Assembly (NCBI RefSeq): GCF_964204645.1
Contig: NC_134029.1
Span: 10,690,850-10,754,849, forward strand
Length of the DNA: 64,000 nucleotides
Source of the DNA: Tubulanus polymorphus
Taxonomy: Eukaryota; Animalia; Nemertea
Reading direction: 5' to 3'
Part shown: in pieces, positions 37,455-50,174 of the stretch
Position numbering within the stretch: position 1 is the first letter of the stretch
Layout: the number at the start of each line of letters is the position of its first letter
The notes under the pieces: model-generated
Seen by the model: only the letters and a program-made list of their open reading frames with translations
Told to the model about the DNA's origin: nothing
Database searches by the model: none
Translations under genes and position numbers: made by a program

Positions 37455-40400
37455 TTAACACGTTAGAATTCTTTTCATTATCTCGTTCTCTTTTGTTTCT
37501 TCTCTTTTAAATTTTAAGTATCCATCTAAATTACAACCATAAGCAACTGTATGAATTCCATCATCTAAAATATATCTTTTATCATCAAATGGGTTTAGAC
37601 TTATCTTTTCAATTTCTTCAATAAACATTTCATGATCTTCAGATCTTAAACATCTCATTTTATGTTTTCTAACTTCTTCATTGAATATACAATTGATGTA
37701 ATCTTTGAAATGAATATTCTTTTCTACTACACTTTTGGTTATTCCTTTTAACTTTTTAGCTTCATGAGTTTTAGTTTTATATGAATACATTTTAGATCTA
37801 ATACCTATGAACTCTATCATTTCTTCACCACCTAATTCATCTTTGAATTTACCGGGAACTTTTTTATTATCATTGCTAAACAATTCATGATCTTTAGGAT
37901 AGTTACTAAAATCAAAATGATGTTTTAATGTTTTTAAATCATCTGTTATGTTATCAGTTTTTATCTTTAATATGTAAGAATCTGTATTTTTTATGATAAA
38001 TGGAAATCCACAATTAAATGTACCATCTTCAGTTGTTAAATCATAAACATATTCTGTAGGATTGGATATTTCAAATAAATCTCTAGCTTCAGTTAGTTCA
38101 TTTTCTACATGCGTTAATTGAAATACATTTGGTTTATCCTTTCTAATATTAACTAACATATTAAATCCTAATGAATTGCATAATATATTTAATCCTGATA
38201 CAGCAACTTTTCCTTTTTGTGTCAAAGATATAGTTTTCTGTTTTGTATAGTTTTTTGAACCATCTGCAGCATAAAACCCAATGAAGAACCATTTTCTTAA
38301 ATCATATTTTGCATTTATTACATAATCTGGAACTATCTTTTCTTTTGTTGAAGTATTACTTTTCACTATTGCATGAATATAGAATTCATCATTATATTTA
38401 ATTGCAAAATCTTTAGTAGTATTCACATGTATTCTATAACATGGTGATGATTTCATATAATCCCCGATTCTAAATGTTTTATGTGAATAAACTTGTTCAC
38501 AGTATTTTTTAATTCTTTCTAATAATTTCAAATCTTGATTGCATAAATACCAACAATATTTAGTTCCACTAACATATTTATACACACCTGCTGAACCATC
38601 GCCCATAGAAAAATCCTTTGATAAAATATTCTTTTTCTTCCAATGTTTCGGGTTCTATATTATAAATATTATCAATTATTTTATCAAATGACATATGATT
38701 CATTCTTGGGTAAAATCTTCTATGTAATAATTTATCTCCAATTTTTATATCAGTTGGTTTTATTTCATCACCATTTTGTTTAATTAAACTATGATCTTCA
38801 GTAACATCAACAAATCCTAATTTAGTTCTAACTCTATAGATTTTCTTATTCGTTTTATGTCTAATTATATTCTTTAATTTCACCCATCCATTTTTTGTCG
38901 AAACATCCATTAATCCATTTATTTGTATTAATTCTTTTTCACCATACGAAATATAAAGTTCATTTTGTTTTGGAATTATTTCTGAAATTCTTCTAATTAA
39001 CATTTGATTATTATATTTTAAAAATATTGGGGTGTCAGCTGTAACAGAATCAAAATATAATATTTCTATATGTTTTTCTCCAAAAAGTGGTTGTAATACA
39101 TTATAATAGAATTCATACATTAGTAATTTTGATAATTCTAAAACTGAAGCGCCAACAGATTGGTTTATTAAATTTCATTGATGTTCTTCTCATTTTAACT
39201 GCAGCTAAATTTTCATCAAATATTCTGTTACCTATAAATTTAGGATATGTTTGTAAATGTCTAATTCTTTTACCATTACTAACTAACTCAATATCATTTC
39301 TATTTCTAATATTTTCACAAGTCTTACCATAGAATGCATTATTCATTAACTTGAAGAAATCTTTTTCGAAATCAGTTTTAGCTTCAGTTCTCTGTTTGGT
39401 GTTAAAATCTATATATTTTTCTAACCACTTAGATTGACTAAATGAAATATATCTATGTACTTTTTTTAGAATCATTCCTTGATTCAAATAAAACGTCAAC
39501 ATTCTATAATGTACCACATAATCATATTTATCTTCTTGAGTTACCATTAACTTTTCTGTATGAATATGATTTTCAGGTTTAATTCTTTTTTGATAACTTG
39601 ATAATTCTTCATGAGTTACGGTTTTATGTTCGGGGCAGTATGCTAGATTTCTAGATTTAAATTTAATATGTTCAGGATATTCCAAGTCTACAACAAAGAA
39701 GTAACCAGTATCTGAATCATCTGCAATATCTAGAATTCTTTTCTTCCAATCAAATTTGTCATTATTTTCATTCTGTAAAACTTCACTTAATTCAAATACT
39801 CCATAAGGTTGTGGTTCCATCATTGCCCAACCATACAAATTATTTGCATCTATATATAATAACTTATATCCGGGGTTATCATTTACATTGAAATATCTAT
39901 CACCTAATACACCTGAAACTCCTCCTCTTATAGATTTTTCAAATAATAATAATTGATCTATATTTGTTAACAAATCCATTTTTATATCTGTAAATTTTAA
40001 ACCACAATCCCAAGTTAAACCTGGACTAGAATAACAATGACAAGGATCAATATTAAAATATTTTAGGATTACATCTCTAAACCTTTCGAATATATTGGTT
40101 AATAATAATACATCTGATTTTAAATATATATCTACTAATTGCTTATGATTTATTATATTGAAATGATTCCAAATATTCAATGTTCTATTATATACTTCAT
40201 CTTTAACATATTCATTTTTTAATTCATCATAGAATTGTTCTTTCAATAATTCAGTTATGTTAAAATCATTATGTGATTTATAAAATGAATATGGAATTGC
40301 TCCTTTATATCTCATTAATTGAAAATCATCATTATTTGGATAGTGTTGTTTTAATATTTTTAATTCATCATCAACTAATGATTTTGATAAGTTATCTAAT

Positions 40401-42306
40401 GAACTATTTAAAAATCTATATGAATCTATAAATCTTAGACACCCAAATTGGAATGATATATAATTCTCAGATGTTTTAGCTAACATTCTAAATTTATAAG
40501 TTGGTATTTTATCTTTTGATCTATTTGAATTTAATCTTTCTGTTTCATTATTAATTTCTTCTATTTTATGGCATAACTGTTTGATGAATAAATGTGCATC
40601 ATATCCTGATAGATTATGAAATATAACTGGTACAAAATTAATTTTCTTAGCTTGTAAGTTACAATTCTCATGTGCAGCGCCTCTAAACTTTCCGTTCAAA
40701 TGATCATGGTCTCTTACTTTTTTATCTTTATAATTAAATATCTTTTCACAATAATAACATTTATCTGCAAACGCAAATGCTTCTTTATCTTCTTCTGTCA
40801 TTATAATTTCTATATTTTTATTTAACTTTTCATTAAATTTTATTTCATATTCAATTAATGTCACAAAAATGATTGATAACATTTTCATTTCTGTAATGAT
40901 AATATTCACTTTTAATTAGTTCTGGATAATCAGATTTAATATATAACCCGAAAGCTGCAGCTGATTGATGAATCTTTTTAATAGTATTTGTTTTTGGTGG
41001 TTCATCTGAAAAATCATTTTCATTAGAATTTAATTTCTTTCTTTTATAATATATTTCTTTTCTATCTTGATCAGTTAATTCTTTATTTAATGATTCAAAA
41101 TCTCCATATCTTACAAATGGTACTTTATTTTTGTAATCATATTTTTTGAATTCTAATATTTTATCTTTTTCATTTGGTAAAACTAATTTACAATAATCAT
41201 GATTTTCACATAATTGTTTATGATTTAATAATGTACTTTCATTACTGAATCTATGTAAACATTTTCTACAAAGATATATTTTATGGTGATCATTTTCTGA
41301 TTTAAAAAATAAATCTATTTGTGATTTGTGATCTATGTGTAATATCTTCTGTTGGATGTAAACAACTTATTATAGCCCATAGAAAACATTTATCATCTTC
41401 ATTTTGTACATTTATTACAGTATTAGTTTTAAATGGTAGTTTAATATAACTCGATGCTTCAATATCTGGTTCTTTATAATATGATACATTATTTTCATCA
41501 ATTGGTTTTGATTTAGTTAACTTATTATATTTTGTGTTATAAACATGTAAAGTCATAAATATTATTTCATCAAATATTAAACCAGATCCTTCAAAATATT
41601 TCACTTCAATTTTAGTTTTTACTTCATTATAACATTTATCTAATTTTTCATCTATATGTTGTTTAGATATAATATGTTGTGAATGGGAATTTATATTATA
41701 TATTGGTTTATCTTCAGATTTTATAAACTTTACTTTAACTGATATACTAATTTTAGGATATTCAACATCAGTAATTATTTTTATAATATTTTTCATATTT
41801 TCTAAATGTTTTTTATTTTCTTCTAATGTTTTTCCTTTATGAAATTTAAACTCGATAGCTGCTGGACCAATATCACTTTTAAATGCTTCGGTTATCTCTA
41901 TATCTTTTTTGTTATCCAATGAATTAATATATTTTCTTACATCTTCCATGTATGGTCTTTTATTGTTTAATTTATTTTTTATGCTTTTAATTGTCTTCTG
42001 TTTCTTATCATTATCTTTATCAAAATAATCTTCACCTAAAATATTATTATTCTTATTTCTAATATAACTTTTATATTTTAAATGTTCTTTATAATATCTT
42101 TTATCACTGAATGATTGATTACATGTATCACATTTGTATGTTTCTTTTTCATTCTTTAATTCATCTAATTTAGTTTCTAATATATCATCTTCATATTCTA
42201 GTTTCAATTTATTCTCTAAATGTGTTTTAGTTTTATTGTGTCTTGCTTTTTGGGATTTATCTATATTGATATTACATGTTGGGCAGTAGTACTTATTTGC
42301 TTCCAT
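37455..42306 (-). pseudogene. polB: Protein-primed DNA polymerase B with intein; several frameshifts and an internal deletion near 41320
   Basis: YIDANNLYG, KLMNNAFYGK, YFD-[intein]-TDS, RSKMYSY, KLKGI, DDKR. Confidence 0.95.
37986..39048 (-). mobile_element. Intein with LAGLIDADG homing endonuclease in PolB motif C (354 codons plus a 1-bp insertion near 38608)
   Basis: Block A SVTADTPI; block B VTEDHSL; FIKGFFMGDGS and FFIGFYAADGS; block F VYDLTT; terminal KN followed by +1 Thr; absent from copy 1. Confidence 0.95.
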
Positions 42307-42512
42307 TTTAATATCAAATTTTTTGTTAAAATTGATTTTAGAAGTTCAATGATTTATATCATGTATTATTTCAATCACACTTTACTAACACTTTTAATGT
42401 TTAAAAATCTAACTCATACAAATATGAATATTGAAATAATGTTGTAAATATATACTTTTATATTGAATAATCTGTCAATTTAAATGTTATTCATTTACAT
42501 GAATATTTTAAG

Positions 42513-42921
42513 AGTGATAGGGGTAATGGGCTTTCATATCAAAGGTTGAATGGTCGAGTTCATTAAAAACAAATATTAAAAGTAATTTAAAACTATAATA
42601 TATTTTCATAACCGTGTGTATTTCAGTTGAATAATAGAATAATTATTATTATTAAAATATATTTGATTATATGAATTTGTGTATTGTAAATAAATCAATT
42701 GGTCGCGGAGCGGAGCGGTAGCGAAGTGGAGCGACCAACTGATTTAATACAATATGCTTTTAAAATTTGAATTATTAATATCTTAGAATAAATATTTAGT
42801 TATAATATAAAATACACACGGTTATGAAAATATATTATAGTTTTAAATTACATTTAATATTTGTTTTTAATGAGCTCGACCTTTCGACCTTTGGTATGAA
42901 AGCCCATTACCCCATATTACT
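42513..42921. repeat. 409-bp terminal hairpin of Polinton copy 2
   Basis: ~110-bp arms 42513-42622 / 42810-42921; nested stem AAATCAATTGGTCGC...GCGACCAACTGATTT near 42692-42745. Confidence 0.93.
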
Positions 42922-43146
42922 CATAGCGTAAAATTCCTGGGGCCGGTTTCATAGACATGGAATAAATTTATTCCCTGATATCAAATCACTAATCCCAGGG
43001 ATCAAATTTAGTACTAGGGAAATTTCTGTTTCATAGACGTGGATGTTTTTATTCCCTAGCAATAAGTAGCTTATTCCTAGCGGCAAATTTGATACCTAGC
43101 CACAGCTAGGTATCAAATTATATTCCTTAGCATCAAAATTAACAAA

Positions 43147-45050
43147 ATGGCCGATGAAATGTTCATTCGTCAACGAAAAATAAAAGAATATCGCCGCTTG
43201 GACCATCCTTTTAATGTTTATGAGGCTAATGAAATCCTTGAACGATTCCGTTTCACGCCAGAGACTATTTTGGTAATTACACGACTTATAGCTAGAAGAC
43301 TTACAAAGTTAACGGAAAGAGGAATGCCAATATCACCCATTTGGCAGGTTATGATCGCTTTGCGATTCTATGCGACTGGATCAATTTTATCCGTAATTGG
43401 AGACACATCTGGAGTGTCAAAAGCCTCCGTTTCAAGAATCATAACTAACGTTACAGAAGCACTGAACGAGCTAGTCCCTGTATTCGTCAGATGGCCCACT
43501 ACTGATGCCGAACGTCGAGAAGTAAACCAAGGCTTTCAAGCTCTTGCGGGTTTCCCAGCAGTCATAGGATGTATAGACTGCACTCATATTCGTATACAAA
43601 GACCCCATGAACATGAAGCTGATTACGTTAACCGTAAAGGTTATCATCAATTAATGTGCAAGCAGTCTGTAATCATAAAGGTACAGAGCCTTTTTATTTC
43701 TACGTTCTTACCTTATCATTATATTATTCCACAGATCGAAAATACCGGTAATCCAAATGATGAAATGTTTTAACCTTATCATGACTCTGCCTGTATGTAA
43801 CTAACAATTTGTTTGAACAAAATTGTACCAAATCCGGGTACCTAATACTTTCTTAGTTGAAATCAGTGCAAAACAATATTATTGATTTATCTGTTGGCCT
43901 ACTTCAATCAGCTGGTCGATTGCTCATGTTTGGGAGAATAGCTTAATTAGTTAAAAATGCGTGTTTTTTAATAGCCTTAGGTCATATAGGCCTATCAAAC
44001 AGTATAATCAAGAGGGAACGTGGGTATAACCCCAGAGAATTTCCAAAATTACATCTTTCTAGAGATGATATCCAAGCCACTCCTGGCCAAAGATTTTTGG
44101 ATCCGCATCTGAAATAAGCGTTTTTTTGATGTGAATTGAATTATTTTTTCTGGTTCTTGTTATAGACCAATCATTTTTCAATCTAAGATCATTGTTTTTA
44201 GGTATATTTACTAATTTGTCAGCGAAATGGCCTGGGGCAACTCATGATTCACACATTTTTCGAACCTCCGGAATTGGACAGTAAGTTTTGAAGATTTATT
44301 TAATTTCTATTCTTGACTAAAGTTATGGATTTGATTCTATAATATCTTTTAAATGTGTTTGGGGTTTTAAACTTACAATTTTTTGATTTTGTTAAAACTC
44401 AAATTTTTAGCAGAATATAAACCATATTCTATGTTTGAAATACATCAAATCATATCTATATAATAGATTTTATTAATCAATATTCAACTTAGCTTCTTTG
44501 AAAATTTACAAAACAGCTGTGATGGGAAAGTGGCGGCGAAATAATAAGAGCCAAAATGGGAATAGATAAGGGGCGAAACCGGAATAAACCATTCAATACG
44601 CCTAGTTAGATTATTAATAGTTAATATTTTAAACGTTGTAGGTATCTCGAAATGAATCATCACGCTATCAACGGTGTTTTGTTGGCGGACAGTGGCTATG
44701 CCTTGCGACCATATATGATGACACCATATTTCCGTCCCGTGGGTCGCAGCCAAGAGCGCTTTAATAGGTCACATACTGGAACGCGAGTATCCATCGAACA
44801 ATCATTTGGAGTCTTGAAGAGACGATTCATGTGTCTGCACAATGAAATGAGGATGAAGCCTGAGAAAGTGTGCAAAATTGTAGCCGCCTGTGTTGTTCTA
44901 CACAACATTGCAAAACTCCGTAATGAGCCTTTCGAGGATGTTAGATTGGCCAATGAAAATGGTGCACCCGAACAACTTCACTTTGAAGCCCAAGACGATC
45001 TGGCAGGTGCTGATGTGCGAAATCGTATTACAGAACAATATTTCAATTAG
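43147..45050 (+). pseudogene. Harbinger (HARBI1-like) DDE transposase, 3 exons (43147-43680, 44202-44280, 44642-45050); frameshift near 43648
   Basis: ALRFYATG, GCIDCTH, NRKGYH, WPGATHDS, LADSGY, IEQSFGVLKRRF, LHN; GT-AG junctions keep frame. Confidence 0.9.
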
Positions 45051-45628
45051 TGATAGTGAATACAAGCATTGTCAGCAGGGAACTCTAGGAGACAGTCTGA
45101 AACGTTTTTCTATTTCAACTATTCGATGAATGGATTTAGGCTAAAAAAAATTGATACCTTGTTTCTCCGCTCTGCTGAGCTTAAATGTTGACCCGGCCGG
45201 CCGCCTATCTACCCTATACATTACTTTTTTTAAAAATCGTGATCAATTTTACCAGAACAGACCCTATAGAAATGAACTGTTTACAAATTTTATCAAATTT
45301 TACAAAAATGACCCGGCCGCTGCGGAGAAACAAGGTATCATTTTTGTTTAGCCTTAATTTCTCATCTTTTGAATTTGTGTGTATAGTAGGTTTTTTTTAT
45401 CTCATAAATTTTATTCATTCTCCACGTCTGAGACTGGCTATTCTAAAATGCAACAGTACGAAAGCCTTTTTGAATATTCAATGTTCAATGTTCTGAATTT
45501 TATTTTCAAAATTTTAAAACTAACTTAACTTTAATAAAAGTAAATTTAAAAAAAATTATTGAAATGATTATGAAATTAATTTGAAAAACATATTAATATT
45601 ACAATTTAATTGCTTTCATATATTGCAA

Positions 45629-46506
45629 TCACTTTTCCACGAATTTAGCAATTTTCAAGTCTAAAACGACGATTTTTTACTGTAGTACTCCGTTTCCGCC
45701 TTCATCTTTTTCATTTCCACGTCCAACTTTTCAATTTTTTTATCCAGACACATGCACTGGCGTTGATAAACGTCTTGTTGTGTAAACGCCTTCCGTTTTC
45801 TTTCTTTTCGGGCACTTTGTATCCTCCCTGAAATAAGATGATACCGATATGCATCATAAAAAATAAATAAACTATTTCTACAGATCTACGGTGGGTTTTT
45901 TCATTTGTTCTCCCAATAATCTCGACTTTATAAAAGCAATAGCCAAGGGCCTACGATTATATTTAGAAATGCATTAGCCTAACATGGTTTGAGCCTATTT
46001 TGAGTGAAAATTCGCAATTGATAAACTAAGAAAATGAAAACTTACCAACGAGAGAATCATCTAGTATCACTGGCGCCAGGCTTTCCACACCACCACCGGG
46101 GATACCGTTCCAAGAAGGATTTCCACTGAAGAGCTCTATGATTCTCTCATCCGTCTCTGAGATGTTATTAGGTTGGGGTCCACCTCCTGTCTGTTTGCTA
46201 TCTTTCGCGTGGGTTATTGACTTTTTCTTAGCCTCTGCTTGCATCGTTTTCATTTCAATTCGATGTCGTTCACCTCCCTCCGACAAACCCCAATACTATT
46301 TACTGCATCAGTATTTGTTCTCCAGACCTCTTGCTTTGATTTAGCCTAATCGTCACATCATTATTCAACGTTGATCGCAATAATGAGGCATTCTCGGAAC
46401 ACAGCTCCAAAATTATGCTGATTTCTTTCTGGGAGAAATTTGTGCCTCTCTTCCTCGATTTTGCAGGAAGAGGAGCTTTATTTTCAACATTCATCTTGTC
46501 ATTCAT
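45629..46506 (-). pseudogene. Harbinger Myb/SANT-like DNA-binding protein, degraded, with an intron at ~45828-46044
   Basis: RKRGTNFSQKEISIIL; KQTGGGP; coiled-coil last exon. Confidence 0.7.
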
Positions 46507-48219
46507 TCTGAATTTTCCTCTGGAATGGTTGTTGTTGTTTCTATTGTCTCATAGCAACGAAATGAATTATGGGATAAATTTTGTGAGGATCTGAGTTTCC
46601 ATGACATTGATCCTAATTAGCATATCTTATTGCTAGGATCAAATATATTCCCTGGGAATAGTTATTTCTAGCAACAAAGTTTGTCTATGAAACAGAAATT
46701 TGGTGCTAGCACTAACTATACCCAGGGAATATATTTGATACCCAGAATAACCCTTATTGCTAGCACCAAATTATTCCATGTCTATGAAACCGGCCCCTGG
46801 TATGTAAATGAGGGCGCCAGAACGCCAAAACGAAAAAAACGTCCAATTTTCTCTGTAAGTTCGTTTTGGCGCGCCAAAACGAAGAAAATTCCGTTTTGGC
46901 GCCCCCACCAAAACAACGAAAAACGTCGAACTTTCTTTGAAAATCCGATTTTTTTCCGATCCCTTCGATTTTGTTAAGAGTCGGATCTAGGTATACGTGA
47001 TAATACATATCGTTTTCGATGGTGGTGGTGTATACATTAACGGACTAACGTACAGGTATGTAGCCTATTCAGGGTTAAATGCAGGGGTTGCTTTGGGTCC
47101 TCGAGAACCCCTCCCACTTGGAAAACTACTTTTCAAAGTAGACATGTTAGACCTACATCTTAAATGTATGAGATGATCAAGTAGTGCCTAAAAACGCTTA
47201 CGATGCATGAAAATGGGACTAAGTTTTTAAAATTTCTCGGGATGACCAGCAGAAAACCACCGTACCCCCCTCGACCCCCACTCCTTAAAAAAATGCTGGA
47301 TCCGCCCCTGGTATCATTTAAATCCTATACATTGCCTCGCATTGCTTAGCTCACACAGGCCTATTCATAAACTTTGTTCTTTAATATGCCAATATATGTA
47401 AACAATCGATTGATTTTCGGTCGCTGAAAACAAAAAACCGATGTTGTTCTCTCTGGTATGCGCAGGCAATATAACACGTACTGGTGATTCTAAGTTTTCG
47501 ACGTGAACCGTTTCTCTCGCACTGCTTAATTATTGTAAGCGACGATAATTTTGCTCGGTCTGCATTAGTGAAAACGAATGAATTATAATCTTTCAAGGCG
47601 TTAATTCGTAAATGGACAACATACTCCTAGAACTGGGATTAGGCCAATACATTGCAAAGTTTCTCGAAAATAAGATACCGTGTTTCATTACTTTATGCAT
47701 ACACAGACTGAGCTGAGGTCGACTTACGACGATCATCTCGTCGTAAAAACAGCGGTAGTAAACACGTGACCGCCGATTGGCGATTCGTTTGTCACAGTCA
47801 GATCGACAACGATTCGATCATCGCCGAGTCCAAAGGTCATTTGACGCATAACTCGTCGCTGAAATAGAACTTGTTCTATCCTTGCGATTCGACTTACGCC
47901 AGGTCTGCGATTGTTTTGTATCATATATTTTTTTCTAACATCGGCTGGTGGCGACACCTATAAAAAAAACCCGATAATGGCGTGATAACACGAGGGAGAG
48001 CTTTTTTTGTATATTTCACTTTCTTGTCCGCTGGATCTGTTTATGTGATCATTGTAGTAGCGATGGCACTCTGAAGTATCGGTTTTGTATCTTGAGGTAA
48101 TGTGTGACTGTTATTGTGTAATAAAATTCATGTTAGTAGGCTTTATTGTTTAAGAGAATCTACAGTCCTCTATTTAGTTGGATCGGGACCGCTGTTTTTC
48201 TTTAAAGGAATTGGACATT

Positions 48220-48237
48220 TGGTCCCTCGAGCCGGAT
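48220..48237 (+). promoter_or_regulatory. Primer binding site of BEL/Pao element (tRNA-Tyr-like)
   Basis: TGGTCCCTCGAGCCGGAT, 2 nt after an LTR-like end ...GGACA at 48217; AATAAA at ~48120. Confidence 0.7.
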
Positions 48238-48609
48238 CCAAGTATATTTTGAATTTTGTACGATGTACTTAATGTTTGTAATTGTAGGTCTATTTAAGTG
48301 AGTTTAGCCTACACGAGATTAATAATGTAAAATTATCCTCTAAAATAGAGTAAGATTTTATATGGTTTGTCGTGCGAGACATAATTTGAGTTATAACTGT
48401 AACAGTCTATTTGAGGTAGCTTAAGGCGCATGAGTTTTAAGTAATTTTGCTGCCCTTTGAGTTATAGGCAGCTTGAGTGTTTGAGAAATACTGGTTGAAA
48501 TACTGGGTGACGGGGGTTTCCCGCAAAGAAAATTGTGGAGTAACATACCTGAAGCTTTAGAAAGTTTAAGTCCAGAATTATTGGCATCACATCATTCGAA
48601 AACTGTTAG

Positions 48610-49450
48610 AGATGAAAATATGACGAAGACTTTGGGTGTGAATTATGACTTGTGATTACGACCGTTAGACCCTGAATGGGATGAAGAGAAGAAGCTACTC
48701 AAAGTCGGAGGAAGATTGAGAAATTCACTTCTTCCTGAAGAAACAAAGAATCCAATCATTCTGCCGCCTGGTGAAAAATTGGTTGAAAAACTGATCATGT
48801 GGTACCATGTTATATATGGTCATACTGGTACTGTTCAGACATTGGCGGACTTAAGATGTAGATATTGGTTAATTAGAGGAAGACAAGAGGCCATGAGAGT
48901 AATCAATGATTGTAAATGCCGTGAACCTGAAAAGATAGAACAAAAGATGGGACAATTACCAGTTGAAAGTGTCATTGGAGTCCCTGTATTTTACCATGTC
49001 GGAGTAGATTTCACGGGACCATTGTATGTGAAGTCATCCAAAGTGTCTGTATCTAAGGTGTACATTGTTTTGTATACTTGCATGGCAGTTCGTGCTATAC
49101 ACTTAGAGTTGGTGCCAGATCAGACAACAGAAGAATTCCTCAGGAGTTTTGGGCGCATGATGATCCGCAGAGGAAGATGTATTGTGATGTTTTCCGACAA
49201 TGCTAAGACCTTCGAGAAGGCATCAACTTTACTAGCGAATCTATTCTTACCAGGAAATTAGAAGAAATTAGATGTATATCTACACGGCAAAGGTATAACT
49301 TGGAAGTTCATAGAACCACGAGCCCCATGGCAAGGGTGTTTTTATGAGGGACTCATCGGTGTAGTGAAGAGACCATTAAAAAAGATTCTCGGTAAAGCTA
49401 AGCTGTCATATACTGAGTTGGAAACTGTGTTATGTGAAGTTGAAGCACAG
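48610..49450 (+). pseudogene. BEL/Pao LTR retrotransposon pol remnant (integrase); gag/PR/RT deleted, 3' truncated
   Basis: VGGRL...PIILP, HHCC zinc motif, VGVDFTGP, RAIHLELV, SDNA, APWQG.FYE. Confidence 0.9.
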
Positions 49451-49858
49451 TTATTCAGTCATAACTAAATAATCATTTTTTAAATCGGAATATAATCTAT
49501 TTTCATCTTGAATTGGCAGCATATAATTACATAATTTACTATAACCTTTTACTACATTTTCTGATATCGCATCATTAATTCTAGCTATTCTTGCAGTTTC
49601 ATAAATCTTAAATAATTTAATAATTTCATCTGATTTCATTGTATCTAATTCATTATAAGTTAAATTTTTACCAATAAAACTTTTACATTTCCCAGATGCT
49701 ATTAATATTTCTAATTGATGTTTGCAATAAAGATAATATTCATAATTATTGTTGTAGCAATATCATTTAAAGCACCATTATTATCTGACGCTGATTTTGT
49801 GTCTGTTATCAATTGGAACATCACTATTTTTAGATTTTATTTTCTTTTCGCCTCCCAT
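49451..49858 (-). pseudogene. Homolog of the 202-aa protein, 3' truncated
   Basis: KIYETARIARINDAIS...LYSDLKNDYLVMTE. Confidence 0.8.
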
Positions 49859-49888
49859 TTATATAAGAAACAAATAAGTTGTCTTGTT

Positions 49889-50172
49889 GCAACTAGAATT
49901 CAACTAGAATTTAACTAGAATTTTAACTAAAATATACTAGATTAACAAGCTAGTTGAAATATTGTTGTTTTTTTTAATTTTTTATTGAATTTTATTTGAT
50001 TTTTGTTTCAACTACCAATAACTAGAATTCAACTAGAATGTAACTAAAAATATACTAGTTTAACACGCTAGTTAAAATATTGTTGTTTTTATTTATTTTT
50101 TCGTTTCAACTGCCGATAACTAAAATTTAACTTGAACGTGACTAAAATATACTAGATTATCAAGCTAGTTGA
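49889..50172. repeat. Degenerate tandem repeats (AACTAGAATT / ATATACTAG.TTAACA.GCTAGTT) x3
   Basis: Read directly; lies between the ATPase stop and the next start. Confidence 0.75.
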
Positions 50173-50174
50173 GT

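Larger units (their letters stand above)
25671..42921. mobile_element. Polinton/Maverick (adintovirus-like) copy 2, 17.25 kb, both ends present
   Basis: 6-bp TSD CATAGC at 25665-25670 and 42922-42927; AG...CT termini AGTAATA(T)GGGGTAATGGGCT; integrase, ATPase, capsid and pPolB genes. Confidence 0.97.
42940..46796. mobile_element. PIF/Harbinger DNA transposon
   Basis: TIR GGGCCGGTTTCATAGACATGGAATAA at both ends; 3-bp TSD CTG; transposase and Myb-like genes convergent. Confidence 0.95.

Noticed and set aside
37986-39048. Alternative reading of the polB insert as a group I or spliceosomal intron, or a Hedgehog-type Hint domain
   Set aside because: It is read in frame with PolB at both junctions, with Ser1, terminal Asn and +1 Thr and an internal LAGLIDADG pair; there are no GT-AG ends.
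46806-47310. Short GGCGCC/CCAAAACG repeats and a CAGGGG...GGATCCGCCCCTG MITE-like segment
   Set aside because: Boundaries and TSDs cannot be resolved; probably decayed MITEs.
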